A stretch of DNA of 64,000 nucleotides from a virus. The stretch covers positions 8,097 through 72,096 of IMG/VR virus record IMGVR_UViG_3300031753_000004; one strand, 5' to 3'. This document shows, one piece after another, positions 1 to 9,919 of the stretch (positions within the stretch are counted from its first letter, which is position 1; every line of letters starts with the position of its first letter). The notes beneath the pieces are model-generated. The model was not told the origin of the DNA and did not search any database. It was given only the letters and a program-made list of their open reading frames with translations. The translations under genes and the position numbers were made by a program.

Positions 1-874
1 TCTCGTCCACCGTGAACGACCCGCCGTATACCACCACCCCGTAGGCGTTGTCGTCGAACGCCCCGTAGAGCAGCGCCACGTTCGCCGTACCATCCAGCTT
101 CAGGCCGATGGAGTTCCCCGCCAGCTCGTAGGCTTTGCACCCCGACAGCGTGTCCTGCGAGTCCGCGACATAGAAGCCTACCGGGTTGGCCCCAAGCAGT
201 TCCTCGACGGCGCAGTAGTTCATGAAAACGTGCTCGGAGCCGCCGCTCACAAAGAATCCCACATCTCCAACATGTTTGACGTAAGTGTGGTCGATGGCAA
301 CGTTGTTGACTCCCTGGAGCCAGATTCCGTATGCGTAGCTGTGAGCCACGGCACCAGGTGGGTCATCGAGGTTGTAGAGGGCGACGTGGGAGATGGTGAT
401 GTCGTGGGTTCCCTGGCTTGCCTTGAGACCAACGGTAGCAGCCAGCTCAGGAATCGAGGTAGTGGCATCTCTCACCTTCCTTATGACCGAGTCGCTGAAT
501 GAGAAGAAGCCGGCCCCCTGCTCCAGCATCAGGCCGACCTGGATAGGATTTGTGCCGTGGGAGTCGCCGATGGCAACGTGGGAGATGCTGACGTTCTGCA
601 CATAGGGAGCCACGTCCACAATGATCTCTTTCCCGTTGGCCCCGCCAGACCCCACAATGAACGGGTTTTGATGGGCTGCGTCCGGCTGGCCGATGAGCGT
701 GAGCGGCTTCGTGATGACGATGTCCTCTCGGTACGTCCCGTGGGCGATCAGTAGAGTGTCTCCAGCAGAGGCGGCATCAATGGCGCTCTGTAGTGCGTGT
801 GGCCCCGGAACGACCTGGATAGTGGCCGGGGTATAACGCGGTTCTAGTTCCTCCAGTCTTAGAGCAACCTTCAT
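1..874 (-). CDS. Secreted parallel beta-helix (pectin-lyase-like) protein with planctomycete LE-x-LE-x-R N-terminal signal; runs off the left edge
   Basis: Not in the ORF track; translated by hand from ATG at 874 (RBS AGAGGAGG): MKVALRLEELEPRYTPATIQVVPGPHALQSAIDAASAGDTLLIAHGTYREDIVITKPLTLIG. LQSAIDAA..GDT....GTY.E is the usual beta-helix cap. Confidence 0.75.
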   Translation of the reverse strand, partial: MKVALRLEELEPRYTPATIQVVPGPHALQSAIDAASAGDTLLIAHGTYREDIVITKPLTLIGQPDAAHQNPFIVGSGGANGKEIIVDVAPYVQNVSISHVAIGDSHGTNPIQVGLMLEQGAGFFSFSDSVIRKVRDATTSIPELAATVGLKASQGTHDITISHVALYNLDDPPGAVAHSYAYGIWLQGVNNVAIDHTYVKHVGDVGFFVSGGSEHVFMNYCAVEELLGANPVGFYVADSQDTLSGCKAYELAGNSIGLKLDGTANVALLYGAFDDNAYGVVVYGGSFTVDE

Positions 875-1008
875 GGGTGAGCCTCCTCTTAGGTTAGGTC
901 CCCTTTCTTATGACTCTGTATCCGCCTCCACAGACTTGAAATCGGCAGCCGAAGTGTACTCCCCGCATTTGGGCACTGTAGTATCTCTCCGGCACCTCGG
1001 TCTCAGGC

Positions 1009-2172
1009 TTACGCTTGTACGGTCCCCGCTTCTTCCTGCTCGCTGCTAGCTTCTTGGCCATGTGGCACCGTTGGACTGAGGAGCTGTAGCGCGTCGTAGT
1101 CAGGTCCTCGCCACTCGGGGGCCTCGGCGTACTGGCGGCTGTTGTGCTTGTTCCCTATCGCGCTCACCGTCCCGACGTGCTGAACCAGGCTAGGAGAGTG
1201 AACCCACTCGGTGTACTCTGCTTTCTTCATGGCCTCAGATACCGCCCCGTCCAGGTTGTGGAATCTCTGCGAGCTGGCAGACATCGGCCGCTCCACCATG
1301 TGCTGATGCTTCAATAACTCGACCACCCCCTTGCGGTCGAAGACGAGACCTAGCGCCCCGCGCCCGCACTGATTGCTGGCGTACCATCCCTTATCGGGCC
1401 TGCCGTCGCGCCCGGCCAATGATTGATTCTGCCGGACGGTGTAGAGGTTCCAGTATCCCTTCTCTGGGAACTGGCAGCGGTCGAGGTACTGCCGCAGGTT
1501 CCGGTACAGCAGGATGTCATCCTGGAAGATGGCGTAGCGGTTGCAGACCGGCTCCCGGATGAACAACTCATAGAGCGCCAGTATCCAGTTGCCGTAGGCA
1601 CGGATTTGCAGGTTGCGGGTCGTGACCTCCAGCCCGAACCGCGCGGCAGCAGCTTCGGCAGTCACATGGCTAGCACCGTCAATGAATAGCCTTGGCTGGT
1701 TGAACCCTGCCGCCCTGAGAGAGTCAAGCGTCTGATCCAAGAGGCCGTCGATGCGCTCGGGCACGGTGGTCACGCCGTAGGTCCAACTGACAGTCCTCAT
1801 GTCCTTGGTCTCGTACTTGTCGCAGGTAGCGCAGCAGGGCCGCATGTCTACCCGCTTGCCAACGGTACACTCCCCGAACACCTCGCACTTCATCAGCTTC
1901 TCGCGGACGTTGCCCCGGCAGGTAGAGCAGTTGACAGTCTCGCCGGTGTACTCACCGAGGTGGACGCATGGCTGGCTACGGTCTTGAATGGGAACTGGAC
2001 TTCTGCGATTCACTGGTGGCTTAGGCGTTCCATCCCAACGTGCTCGATACCTTTCGCTTAGTTCTGGTGAGCAGTTTACTCCGTGGCATAGCTCCCACAG
2101 ACGGCCGACCATCGGCACGCCACCTCTTTGGCATTCTGCATTTGGAGCATCACAGTGGCAATGTTCTATCAT
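1009..2172 (-). CDS. Glycosyltransferase (GT-A fold, GT2/GT25-like) with Cys-rich N-terminal domain
   Basis: YGVTTVPER, AIFQDDILL (xDD motif), SPSLVQHVGTVS; N-terminal ~120 aa rich in Cys pairs. Confidence 0.7.
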   Translation of the reverse strand: MIEHCHCDAPNAECQRGGVPMVGRLWELCHGVNCSPELSERYRARWDGTPKPPVNRRSPVPIQDRSQPCVHLGEYTGETVNCSTCRGNVREKLMKCEVFGECTVGKRVDMRPCCATCDKYETKDMRTVSWTYGVTTVPERIDGLLDQTLDSLRAAGFNQPRLFIDGASHVTAEAAAARFGLEVTTRNLQIRAYGNWILALYELFIREPVCNRYAIFQDDILLYRNLRQYLDRCQFPEKGYWNLYTVRQNQSLAGRDGRPDKGWYASNQCGRGALGLVFDRKGVVELLKHQHMVERPMSASSQRFHNLDGAVSEAMKKAEYTEWVHSPSLVQHVGTVSAIGNKHNSRQYAEAPEWRGPDYDALQLLSPTVPHGQEASSEQEEAGTVQA

Positions 2173-3302
2173 TCGGTCACTATGAGTTTGAATTGGCTTA
2201 TCGGGTCTGTGTCAGTCGGGCAAGGCATATCGAAGAACTGGATGCTCTGTATTGGGTTGCAGAACAGAATGCTGCTTGTCTCTCTGGAAATCGATCTATC
2301 TGAAGCGCTCGCGGAGACATTACACGCCAAGTCCATCGTTATCGTGATCGTGCAACCGCAGGCAGTCATCGTCCCTGTCCAGAGTTGTGTCGAAGGGTCC
2401 CAAGTGATCGACCCTGTTTCCCCGTCGATACAGTCACACGCTGGAAAGCCGAAGCTCTCCTTGACGGCAGTCACGTTTAGATCGAGCGGGAAAAGCTCTC
2501 CAGGACAGCAAGCTAGTATGCACTCGTCCGTTACGACTACCGTCACTGTTCCGCTGCAACACCCGGTTAGCGTGACAGGCGGGAAGGTCAGCGAGAAGTG
2601 GCTGCCAGCCCCAGTGCCTCCGCTCTCTCCGCAGGTACAACTGTCTGGAAATACTGTCTTAGTCTCGTCGCCGCAAGTCAGCGTCAGATAGTAGCCCATG
2701 CAAGATGCGTCTGCCCCCGTCCCGGCATCCCCGCCCCCGGTGATAGTTACCTTGAAAGCCGTAGTAGTAGCCGATACCTGTTGACAGTGCTGCGTAAGTT
2801 GAAACGGGGAGCAGGATACGGTAGTGGTTCCGAGGTTGGTTATCGAGTACCTGTCTGACGAGACTGAGAAGATACAACTAGCCTGGGAGAAGTCGAGAAA
2901 CACCGCTACCGTGTCGCCGCATGGGGACAGACCTTGACCGTACATCCCCTGCCGTGTCTCGTCCCAATTAAGAGCGATACTGAACCCGTCGATGCAAAGG
3001 CAAGGACCAACAGATAAGGTCTCAGCGGCAAAGACAGCCGTCATCGTGCCCGGCTTTCCCAAGCTGGGACAGCAGGCTCGGCAGTTAATAGATATGCCTA
3101 CAGTTCCGCAAGTGGTGCTATCAGTCCCAGACCAAGAACCCGAGCCGGCGCCACCTGATGTAAGTTTTATCACCTGCCCGTCCAAGCACTCGCAGCCGTC
3201 GTACGAGCTGAGATAGGCGCAAAGCTCTGGAGCCACATGCCCGCAGCAGGAGTCTCCACTCCCACCGCAGCAAGGCAGACAGGCTCCGCTTATGGTGTTC
3301 AA
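2169..3302 (-). CDS. Cys-rich repeat tail/virion protein
   Basis: About 34 Cys in 377 aa; three CC..CxC[LI]DG repeats; lies after the tail genes with ATGA-type coupling. Confidence 0.6.
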   Translation of the reverse strand: MNTISGACLPCCGGSGDSCCGHVAPELCAYLSSYDGCECLDGQVIKLTSGGAGSGSWSGTDSTTCGTVGISINCRACCPSLGKPGTMTAVFAAETLSVGPCLCIDGFSIALNWDETRQGMYGQGLSPCGDTVAVFLDFSQASCIFSVSSDRYSITNLGTTTVSCSPFQLTQHCQQVSATTTAFKVTITGGGDAGTGADASCMGYYLTLTCGDETKTVFPDSCTCGESGGTGAGSHFSLTFPPVTLTGCCSGTVTVVVTDECILACCPGELFPLDLNVTAVKESFGFPACDCIDGETGSITWDPSTQLWTGTMTACGCTITITMDLACNVSASASDRSISRETSSILFCNPIQSIQFFDMPCPTDTDPISQFKLIVTE

Positions 3303-3799
3303 GTGATGCTCGCCAACCTACCGTCATGGTGGAAAGTGAAAGTCTTCTGGGTGAATACGCAGGTAGCCGGGTTGAAGCTGGTGAGTACCGCTTGGACTAT
3401 CGGCCCGGTTCCTGTCCCAGTGCCAGGCGTGCTCTGAGGCACCCCCGCCACCACGAACTGGTTCCACTTGTCTTTAACCACCGGCACGTAGATGCTTCCG
3501 GTCACCGAGTCCACATCCAAGTTGCAGACGTTTCTCGTCCTGTTCCCTACCTGGCTCAGTTGCTTGGTGGCGTTGTCTATCCGATAGATGTTGCAGTCGG
3601 CCGCACCGACGGTACTCCCAACTCTTGCGGGTATCCCGCCGCTCGGTGTCAAGGCGACATAGATATCAGGCGTGAACTGGTCGCTGTCATCTGGCTCGGG
3701 ACGGTTGCGGGTATTGCGGGGCTGGCTCTTAAACCAGTCCACCATCTCACGCAGCAGCCCCAGGTCGTCCTCGGAGAGTCCGTATATCTGCTCTGCCAT
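3299..3799 (-). CDS. Putative minor tail protein
   Basis: 166-aa ORF in the coupled tail operon; contains GTGTGTG. Confidence 0.5.
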   Translation of the reverse strand: MAEQIYGLSEDDLGLLREMVDWFKSQPRNTRNRPEPDDSDQFTPDIYVALTPSGGIPARVGSTVGAADCNIYRIDNATKQLSQVGNRTRNVCNLDVDSVTGSIYVPVVKDKWNQFVVAGVPQSTPGTGTGTGPIVQAVLTSFNPATCVFTQKTFTFHHDGRLASIT

Positions 3800-3802
3800 G
3801 AG

Positions 3803-4285
3803 TCACGATGGTAGGAGGTAGAGGGAGAAGCGGGCATCGCCGGAGAGAGAACGGATATACATACCGCCCGAACTGGTTGGCTGGAATCGGCACGACTCAC
3901 CCGTAGCGATCGTAATACAGGCCATCTTCTCAAACCCAATCTCCAGCACCTTCGCCAGCGCCTCGCGCTTCTGCCTCTCCGTGGGATAGACCATGAAGGT
4001 TTTGAGCCCTTCCAGGTTCTTGACTATGAGCAGACTCGGCTCCTTGACCCAGCTGGACTCCGGCACTAGGGGCATCCACTCCTCCGTGGCCACCAGACTG
4101 CGAACGTATGCCTGCTCGATGGAATCCACTTCCCTGAAGTACCGGGTATCTACGCTGGTGGGTTGCTCCCTCGGGAGCTGGTAGTAGACGGTCTCCACCA
4201 CGCCTATGCGGGCCTTGAACGCCGTCGGCGGTGGCTGCTCTCTGGGCTGTCTGGGTGCCGGTGATGGGACTGGTTGACTGGACAT
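3803..4285 (-). CDS. Hypothetical tail-region protein
   Basis: 160-aa ORF with AGGAG RBS, in operon. Confidence 0.5.
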   Translation of the reverse strand: MSSQPVPSPAPRQPREQPPPTAFKARIGVVETVYYQLPREQPTSVDTRYFREVDSIEQAYVRSLVATEEWMPLVPESSWVKEPSLLIVKNLEGLKTFMVYPTERQKREALAKVLEIGFEKMACITIATGESCRFQPTSSGGMYIRSLSGDARFSLYLLPS

Positions 4286-4316
4286 TGCTGCTCCTTAGCC
4301 TAGAACCGACTCCCCC

Positions 4317-4754
4317 CTACTTGTCGAAAGCCTCCACTAGCAGGTTGCACGGTGCCACATCTGCCTTGGCTGCCAGTACGGTCACTACCCTGTCTGCCGA
4401 TCCTGTTCCCGTACCCGGTATCAACTCTCGGTTGATGAAGCGGGAGAGGCGGACCACCGTGCTCTCCCCAGGCAGCAACTCCAGGAACGGGTAGAACACC
4501 GCAGCGTCTTGGTCGTAGATGCCGATCATCACGAAGTTCGTCTGGTCGTAGTTCTCCATCCGTGCCCAGCCTCCCAGCGTGGCAAGGTTGGCGAGGGTGA
4601 TGACCGTTATATTCGTGGCGATGACCACCATGCCAGGCGTGGGACCGCTTGTGCCGAGGAAGTCGGCGGCGAAGGCGTTGGGCCTCGTAGGGCCGTAGCT
4701 TATGTTACCCTTGTTGATTGTCAGGCTCACCCGTACCTGTATCTCTGCCGCCAT
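4317..4754 (-). CDS. Putative virion structural protein
   Basis: Probable start MAAEIQVRVSLTINKG at 4754; beta-rich; contains PGTGTGS. Confidence 0.5.
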   Translation of the reverse strand: MAAEIQVRVSLTINKGNISYGPTRPNAFAADFLGTSGPTPGMVVIATNITVITLANLATLGGWARMENYDQTNFVMIGIYDQDAAVFYPFLELLPGESTVVRLSRFINRELIPGTGTGSADRVVTVLAAKADVAPCNLLVEAFDK

Positions 4755-4764
4755 GTCTGCCTCA

Positions 4765-5733
4765 CTAAAATTGGACGGGAATCCCCAATTGCAACAGATC
4801 CCCATCCTGGTAGTACTGGACGGGTATCTTGCCTGGACCGCCTGCGAACGGGGAAGTACCGACTGGGTTGCCGAGATCGGCCGGGAGACCGTCACCGTTC
4901 AACACGACGTTGGCCGGGTTGCCGTTGAAGTCCACGAAGCGGATGAAGTCCTTTGGGTCCTGCGAATCTGCGTCATCATCGGCCTCGTAGCCTCCATAGT
5001 TTTCGTCGGCTAGATCAGTAATCCACTGCCCGCGCAGAACCTTAGTGCCCTCGTCCAACAGTTCCCGGTCGAACCCGTCCGCCTTGAGATCGAAGGTGAA
5101 ATTTCGCTCGTAGTAGACGAAGCACGTCCCGTAGAACTTCCGCTCCCAACTGAAGTCGCTGAGCTTTATGCACCTAGCATCCAGACCCCAAAGCGGGTAG
5201 GCGTTGACGGTGTCCCGCAGACCCTCGCAGGTGGCCAGGTCGAGGTTGGGCACGTTCTGACTTATCTTGATCTGCCCCCGGTTCTTGTCGAACTCAGCCT
5301 TGGGTCCGTGAAATAGCTCGAAGGCCGAGTTCGTGATCGGGTTGCCGTCCTTGTCGTATACCACCTCTTCCTGGTAACGAACCGAGCTGCCGCTGACTCT
5401 CTGCGGGGTCAGGAGCGGGTCGGATATCTCCTGCTCGGGGCAGAACTTCCACCACGGTTGCGTCGTGAATGTGTTCGTCACCTCGAACTGGGTGTTGCGC
5501 TCATCATCCACCGCTGGGACTACTTCCATGTCGAACTTGCAGAAAGCGTAGATGTCGATGTCCTGCGCGTAGAACCAGAAGTTTCCGGGGATGGGCAAGC
5601 CAGGAGTCTGCATGACGTTGGCCGGGCCGTCGAAGGTATCGCACTGCACTTTCTGCGTGAGCTTGTAGGTGCGGTGGCCTATCTCGCTCCGAGTAGCGGA
5701 CCACTTCGCCGGGCCTAGAAGTATGCAGGTCAC
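4765..5733 (-). CDS. Putative distal tail / baseplate hub protein
   Basis: 322 aa immediately downstream of the tape measure gene (synteny). Confidence 0.5.
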   Translation of the reverse strand: MTCILLGPAKWSATRSEIGHRTYKLTQKVQCDTFDGPANVMQTPGLPIPGNFWFYAQDIDIYAFCKFDMEVVPAVDDERNTQFEVTNTFTTQPWWKFCPEQEISDPLLTPQRVSGSSVRYQEEVVYDKDGNPITNSAFELFHGPKAEFDKNRGQIKISQNVPNLDLATCEGLRDTVNAYPLWGLDARCIKLSDFSWERKFYGTCFVYYERNFTFDLKADGFDRELLDEGTKVLRGQWITDLADENYGGYEADDDADSQDPKDFIRFVDFNGNPANVVLNGDGLPADLGNPVGTSPFAGGPGKIPVQYYQDGDLLQLGIPVQF

Positions 5734-7766
5734 GCGATGCTCCCGCTCAGGTTGGCAGTGGCTAGAACTATGCTGGGACCACCGCCCTTGTTTGCTGCCA
5801 TAGCTGTGTTGGTGGCGATCTTGTTGAGGACTGCTACCTGAGTCTCCGAGGCATCCTCTATCGCCTCTGCTGCTGGGTCCTTCTGCCCTCCAGCACTTTG
5901 GGTCTCGGTCTTCTTGGCCGGGGCGTTGAAACTAGCCGCATACTCTTGGATATGGGTAAGCGCCTCGCTGGAGCCGAACAGGGCGGCGTCTACCTTCTTC
6001 ATGCCTTCATGGACACCCTTGCCGAATGCCCCCCCGAGGATGCCACCAGTATCGCTCCACTTCTTCTCGCCCTCCTTCTTCTCCTTCTCGCTTGGCACTA
6101 CGCCACCACCTTTGCCTAACTCCTCCTCCTTTCGCTTGCGGAACGCATCGAAGCTTTCTCTCAGCTCTCCACCCAGGTCGGCGTACTGCTTCTTGAGCTG
6201 CTTGGTGTACTCGCTTTCTCCTTCTCCACCCATTCTCTTCATCGTGTTCTCAAACGCATCACTGAAAGCTATAGCTACCCTAGTGCCGATGTCCTGCCAT
6301 TCCCCCTCTCCACCGAAGAGTATTTTGATATTGTTCCAAGTCGCTAACGCGCCGGCGTAGAGTGCAGCCCAGTATCCAACGACAAAGGACCAGTATTTAT
6401 TCCAAGCGGTTGTCATCAAATCAATAACTTGCGAGGTCCATATGCCTATCTGCGTCCAGGCTACCTGTGCCGTCAACTTGAGGTTCTTGAAGCCGAACTC
6501 GATGGCCCATAGTGCCAGTAGTACATCCGACTTGATCTTGGACCAATTGACCGAGGCGGAGAGTCCTATGCTGTCCCATGTCTCCTTCGCTGTCGTCTTG
6601 ATGGCCTCCCACACGTCCTTCAGCCAATCCCAGAATGCGGAGGCAGCTTCCTTGATGGCAACCCATGCAGCCGATCCCACCTGCCCTATCTCATCCGCTA
6701 TTGGAGCGAACCACTCCCAGAACTCGCCAGCCTTCTCCTTCACGTAGTCCCAAGCGGCTAACCCCACTTCCTTTATCTTGTTCCAGACTGCTGTCATCCC
6801 CCCTAGGCGGTTGACTAGTAGAGCTATCGCTCCCACCGCTACTCCGATCACGGCTCCCCAACCACTGAAGGCCATGAGCACAGGAGTAATAACCGTCTTG
6901 ACTATAGCCAGCGTCGGCCCGAGCCCGTGGAGACCTAGGAGTAGAGCTGGGAGGCCAAGAGTCACTACCTTCGTTACCTTGTCCAGCGAGCCGAACCAGT
7001 CCACCGCCATCTTGAGTCCGGTGACTACCGGGTTGAAGACCGTCGCCACGGCACCACCAAGATCGATGAAGAGTGCGTGGAAAGAGTGTTTTAGGTGCTC
7101 GATCTTGCCGACGCTGCTCTCTGTCTCTGCCTCAGCCACCTTCAGCCCACTGGCGATGAGGTGTTGCGCCTTGGCCACCAGCTCCGACTCGTCCTTGATC
7201 CCACGGAGTCCAGGTATTCTCCTCAGCAATTGGACATTACCCTGCTCCAGCGCTGCCGTTACCCGGATGTAGGTGCGAGACAGCTCCTCATTTCCCTTGG
7301 CTAGCCCGATGGCGTTCTTCACTACCCTCTCCGCTGCGTCTCCGCTGAAGCCCATCACCTCGGCCTGCTCCAGCATGGACCGGGTAGCCCCCTTGGTGAC
7401 TAGGCTGTGCTCGGCCACCTCCTTGCCGAACTCCTTGTAGCGGGCTAGCAGTGGCTCTACTGCGTGGCCGTTAGACTCTATGGCAGCGGTCAGCCGTATG
7501 GTGCTCTTCTCGAACTCTCCAAAGGCTCCGAACGCCTCCTTGAACCACTCGCCAGCCCCAAGCAACTCCAGCGCTCCGAGAGCGGAGTGAGCGAACCCCT
7601 TCAGGCTGTTGGAGTGCCCATCGATTTGATGGGCCGCCTCCTCCACTTGGTGGGCAGAATGCTGCGTCTCGGTCACGGCGTCGGTGAGCATCTTCTGATA
7701 CTCAGACCCGTCGCCGAGGAGCCGGACCACGATGGCCTCAAGTTCTGTCTCTGCCCCGCCAGCCAT
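5730..7766 (-). CDS. Tape measure protein
   Basis: Ala/Gly-rich helical protein; N-terminal LEAIVVRLLGDGSEYQKML; central hydrophobic segments and periodic Trp (AWDY, FWEW, AWVA, FWDW, VWEA, TWDS); follows tail chaperone. Confidence 0.85.
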   Translation of the reverse strand: MAGGAETELEAIVVRLLGDGSEYQKMLTDAVTETQHSAHQVEEAAHQIDGHSNSLKGFAHSALGALELLGAGEWFKEAFGAFGEFEKSTIRLTAAIESNGHAVEPLLARYKEFGKEVAEHSLVTKGATRSMLEQAEVMGFSGDAAERVVKNAIGLAKGNEELSRTYIRVTAALEQGNVQLLRRIPGLRGIKDESELVAKAQHLIASGLKVAEAETESSVGKIEHLKHSFHALFIDLGGAVATVFNPVVTGLKMAVDWFGSLDKVTKVVTLGLPALLLGLHGLGPTLAIVKTVITPVLMAFSGWGAVIGVAVGAIALLVNRLGGMTAVWNKIKEVGLAAWDYVKEKAGEFWEWFAPIADEIGQVGSAAWVAIKEAASAFWDWLKDVWEAIKTTAKETWDSIGLSASVNWSKIKSDVLLALWAIEFGFKNLKLTAQVAWTQIGIWTSQVIDLMTTAWNKYWSFVVGYWAALYAGALATWNNIKILFGGEGEWQDIGTRVAIAFSDAFENTMKRMGGEGESEYTKQLKKQYADLGGELRESFDAFRKRKEEELGKGGGVVPSEKEKKEGEKKWSDTGGILGGAFGKGVHEGMKKVDAALFGSSEALTHIQEYAASFNAPAKKTETQSAGGQKDPAAEAIEDASETQVAVLNKIATNTAMAANKGGGPSIVLATANLSGSIA

Positions 7767-7877
7767 GTCGGTTACCCTTGCCAACGGTTAGCAAGAAGCG
7801 GACAATAACGGTGCCTTAAACCCCTTTGCCGCGCTGCGGGGGTTCGGACGACAAGCCGGCTCCCAAGGCGCGGCGCC

Positions 7878-8201
7878 TTGTCGAAAGGAGCAGAAATCAT
7901 GTCCGCAGTTCCACTCGGCACAAAACTGCATCCCGACGGACTTTTATCCCGCCTGGCAACGGGGATAGTGCTGGCGGTAGTCCTGGTAGCTCTGGGTCTG
8001 ACGCTGTGCCTTCCCATCGCTCCGTTCATGATCGCGTTTGCGGTGCTGGCCATTCCGATAAGCCTCTTTCACTACTCCCGCCACGGCGATTGCCCGAGGT
8101 GCGGCAATAAAGTCTCGGTGAGAAAACGGAAGGGTGGAGTAACCTGTCGGGAATGCAAGACTAGGCTCCTGATTGTGAAGAATAGACTGTTAGCTACGTG
8201 A
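7878..8201 (+). CDS. Small two-TM membrane protein with C-terminal zinc ribbon (moron-like, opposite strand)
   Basis: Two hydrophobic stretches then CPRC...CREC; AAAGGAG RBS before ATG at 7899. Confidence 0.6.
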   Translation: MSKGAEIMSAVPLGTKLHPDGLLSRLATGIVLAVVLVALGLTLCLPIAPFMIAFAVLAIPISLFHYSRHGDCPRCGNKVSVRKRKGGVTCRECKTRLLIVKNRLLAT

Positions 8202-8923
8202 TGGTTCATCGCCATTTCCCGGAGGTTCATACCCTACTGCTGGCAGCCACTTCATCTTGGCCCACAGGTCTGCCTCTTGTAACGTCTTCGGCTTCCTACG
8301 GGACCTAGCCGCCGACCCGTACTGGCTACTCAACCTCTCCGCCTCCTGCCTCAGCCACTCGATCCAAACCATGTATTGCCGGTGGGTCAGAGGGCCGGGC
8401 CAGCCCAATAGGTCGTTCAGGCTCTTCCTCAGCTCGTGCGCTAGGCGGAGGTGTCCACCGTAGCGCTCGACGAGTTTTTTACCCCGTCCTCGACCGTGCC
8501 GTTGTCGGCTATCTCGTTCCGCTTCTTTTGCAGCTCCCCTATCTGCCTACTGAGCGAGGTGACGGTGACCTGCTCCTCCAGCCCGCCCATTTCCTTCGCT
8601 CGCTTGGCAAGTGGCTTCACCACCCGGCTAGGCCACTTGCTGCGCAGATCCTCTAGCGATACCTGCACCTGCTTCCCCGCTGCCTCGAACACGCAATAGG
8701 AGAGGAGCAAGGAGTCGGCCTCATGGATGTTGTCCGGCACTCCCAGCGGCTTGGTGTTGGCGTCTAACTTGACTCCCTTGGTCATGGTGTTGCGGTAGGC
8801 TATGACGCCGGCTTCGGTAGGCTCGCGGAGTATGTACTCACGCCGTTGGTGGGTGAACTTGAACTCCTGCGGGGCAAGATCGTCGAAGTTCATGTATCCG
8901 TCTGTGACTACTGCTTCTGCCAT
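8190..8923 (-). CDS. Tail assembly chaperone pair (gpG/gpGT-like): 8441..8923 plus -1 frameshift extension to 8190
   Basis: Between tail tube and tape measure; slippery A-AAA-AAC at 8480..8474; -1 frame reads KLVERYGGHLRLAHELRKSLNDLLGWPGPLTHRQY without a stop into ORF 8190..8408. Confidence 0.8.
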
Positions 8924-8956
8924 TGCTGCTCCTTAGAAATGATTCCCCCCTTATCA

Positions 8957-9448
8957 CTACGTGCCGGCTGCCGACGTGTAGAGCGGCCCGGCCTCGACGT
9001 TGTTTGCAGGATCCCAGTTTGTCGGGACTACGGTGATGGTCAAGAGTGGCATCTCCCCTTCCTTGTGCTCCGCCGGCTCCGCCTTCTGCAAGTACCCGTA
9101 GAACGCCACGGTGTCGTTGGTCGGGAAGTGGACGGTGACCGAGTCCTCGTGGTTAATCATCGTGACCAGATTGGTCGCGCTGTTGAAGGCGTCCGGATCG
9201 TAGGCGGCCGTCACCTTGATCGGGGTCAAGGTCTTTAGCTTCCTTGCCCGCATGGTGCGCCAGAGGATGTTGAGCATGGTCGTGTTGTTGATCGGCTCAC
9301 CGCCGTCTATTCCGGGTGGCTGGGTCGTCACCTCCCAGAACTGGATAGCCGCGTTTGCGGCAAAGGCGATGGTCGTCGGGAACCCGTCCGGCATCTTCCC
9401 ACTGGCAGGGCTAGGCAGGGACCGGGCAGTGATGGTTGGTGCTGCCAT
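8957..9448 (-). CDS. Major tail (tube) protein
   Basis: 163 aa; QPPGIDGGEPINNTTM, FYGYL, LTITVVPTN; upstream of chaperone and tape measure. Confidence 0.75.
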   Translation of the reverse strand: MAAPTITARSLPSPASGKMPDGFPTTIAFAANAAIQFWEVTTQPPGIDGGEPINNTTMLNILWRTMRARKLKTLTPIKVTAAYDPDAFNSATNLVTMINHEDSVTVHFPTNDTVAFYGYLQKAEPAEHKEGEMPLLTITVVPTNWDPANNVEAGPLYTSAAGT

Positions 9449-9470
9449 TCTTCTCTCCTCTGTTCCTCGG

Positions 9471-9917
9471 TTACGATACCTCTCTCAGCGCTACAGTTCC
9501 GTTTAGCGTGAACAAGAATCTCTTGGTTCCGGGCTGCCTCCCCAGCGGTATCACGTTGCCCTTGAGACAGCAGTTGTATATGAGGTAAGTGCTGGCATCT
9601 ATTACCACGGTGGCGACGTGTACGTGCTTGGCCAGCTGGTCGGCTATGGACCGGATCTTCTTGAACCCGATCTTTGAGTCCGTCGCCCTCACCCGCACCT
9701 GGAATCCCTCGTGCTCCATGTACTCACCGTCCAGCATCGACCGAGCGTCTATGTTCCCAAGTTCGTTGTAGACCGTGATCGTGTCGTCCGGGCTCGAAGG
9801 CTCCGCGTCTGCCTGTACCTGCCACGGAGCACCGCTGCCGGTGGCTACACCCTGGCCAAGAGCTATGAGCAGCCGGGCAATGATATCGGCCGGGGAGTGT
9901 AGTAGCAGTCCTGCCAT
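9471..9917 (-). CDS. Tail terminator / minor capsid-type protein
   Basis: EPSSPDDTITVYN, FQVRVRA, RFLFTLN; directly upstream of tail tube. Confidence 0.65.
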   Translation of the reverse strand: MAGLLLHSPADIIARLLIALGQGVATGSGAPWQVQADAEPSSPDDTITVYNELGNIDARSMLDGEYMEHEGFQVRVRATDSKIGFKKIRSIADQLAKHVHVATVVIDASTYLIYNCCLKGNVIPLGRQPGTKRFLFTLNGTVALREVS

Positions 9918-9919
9918 CT

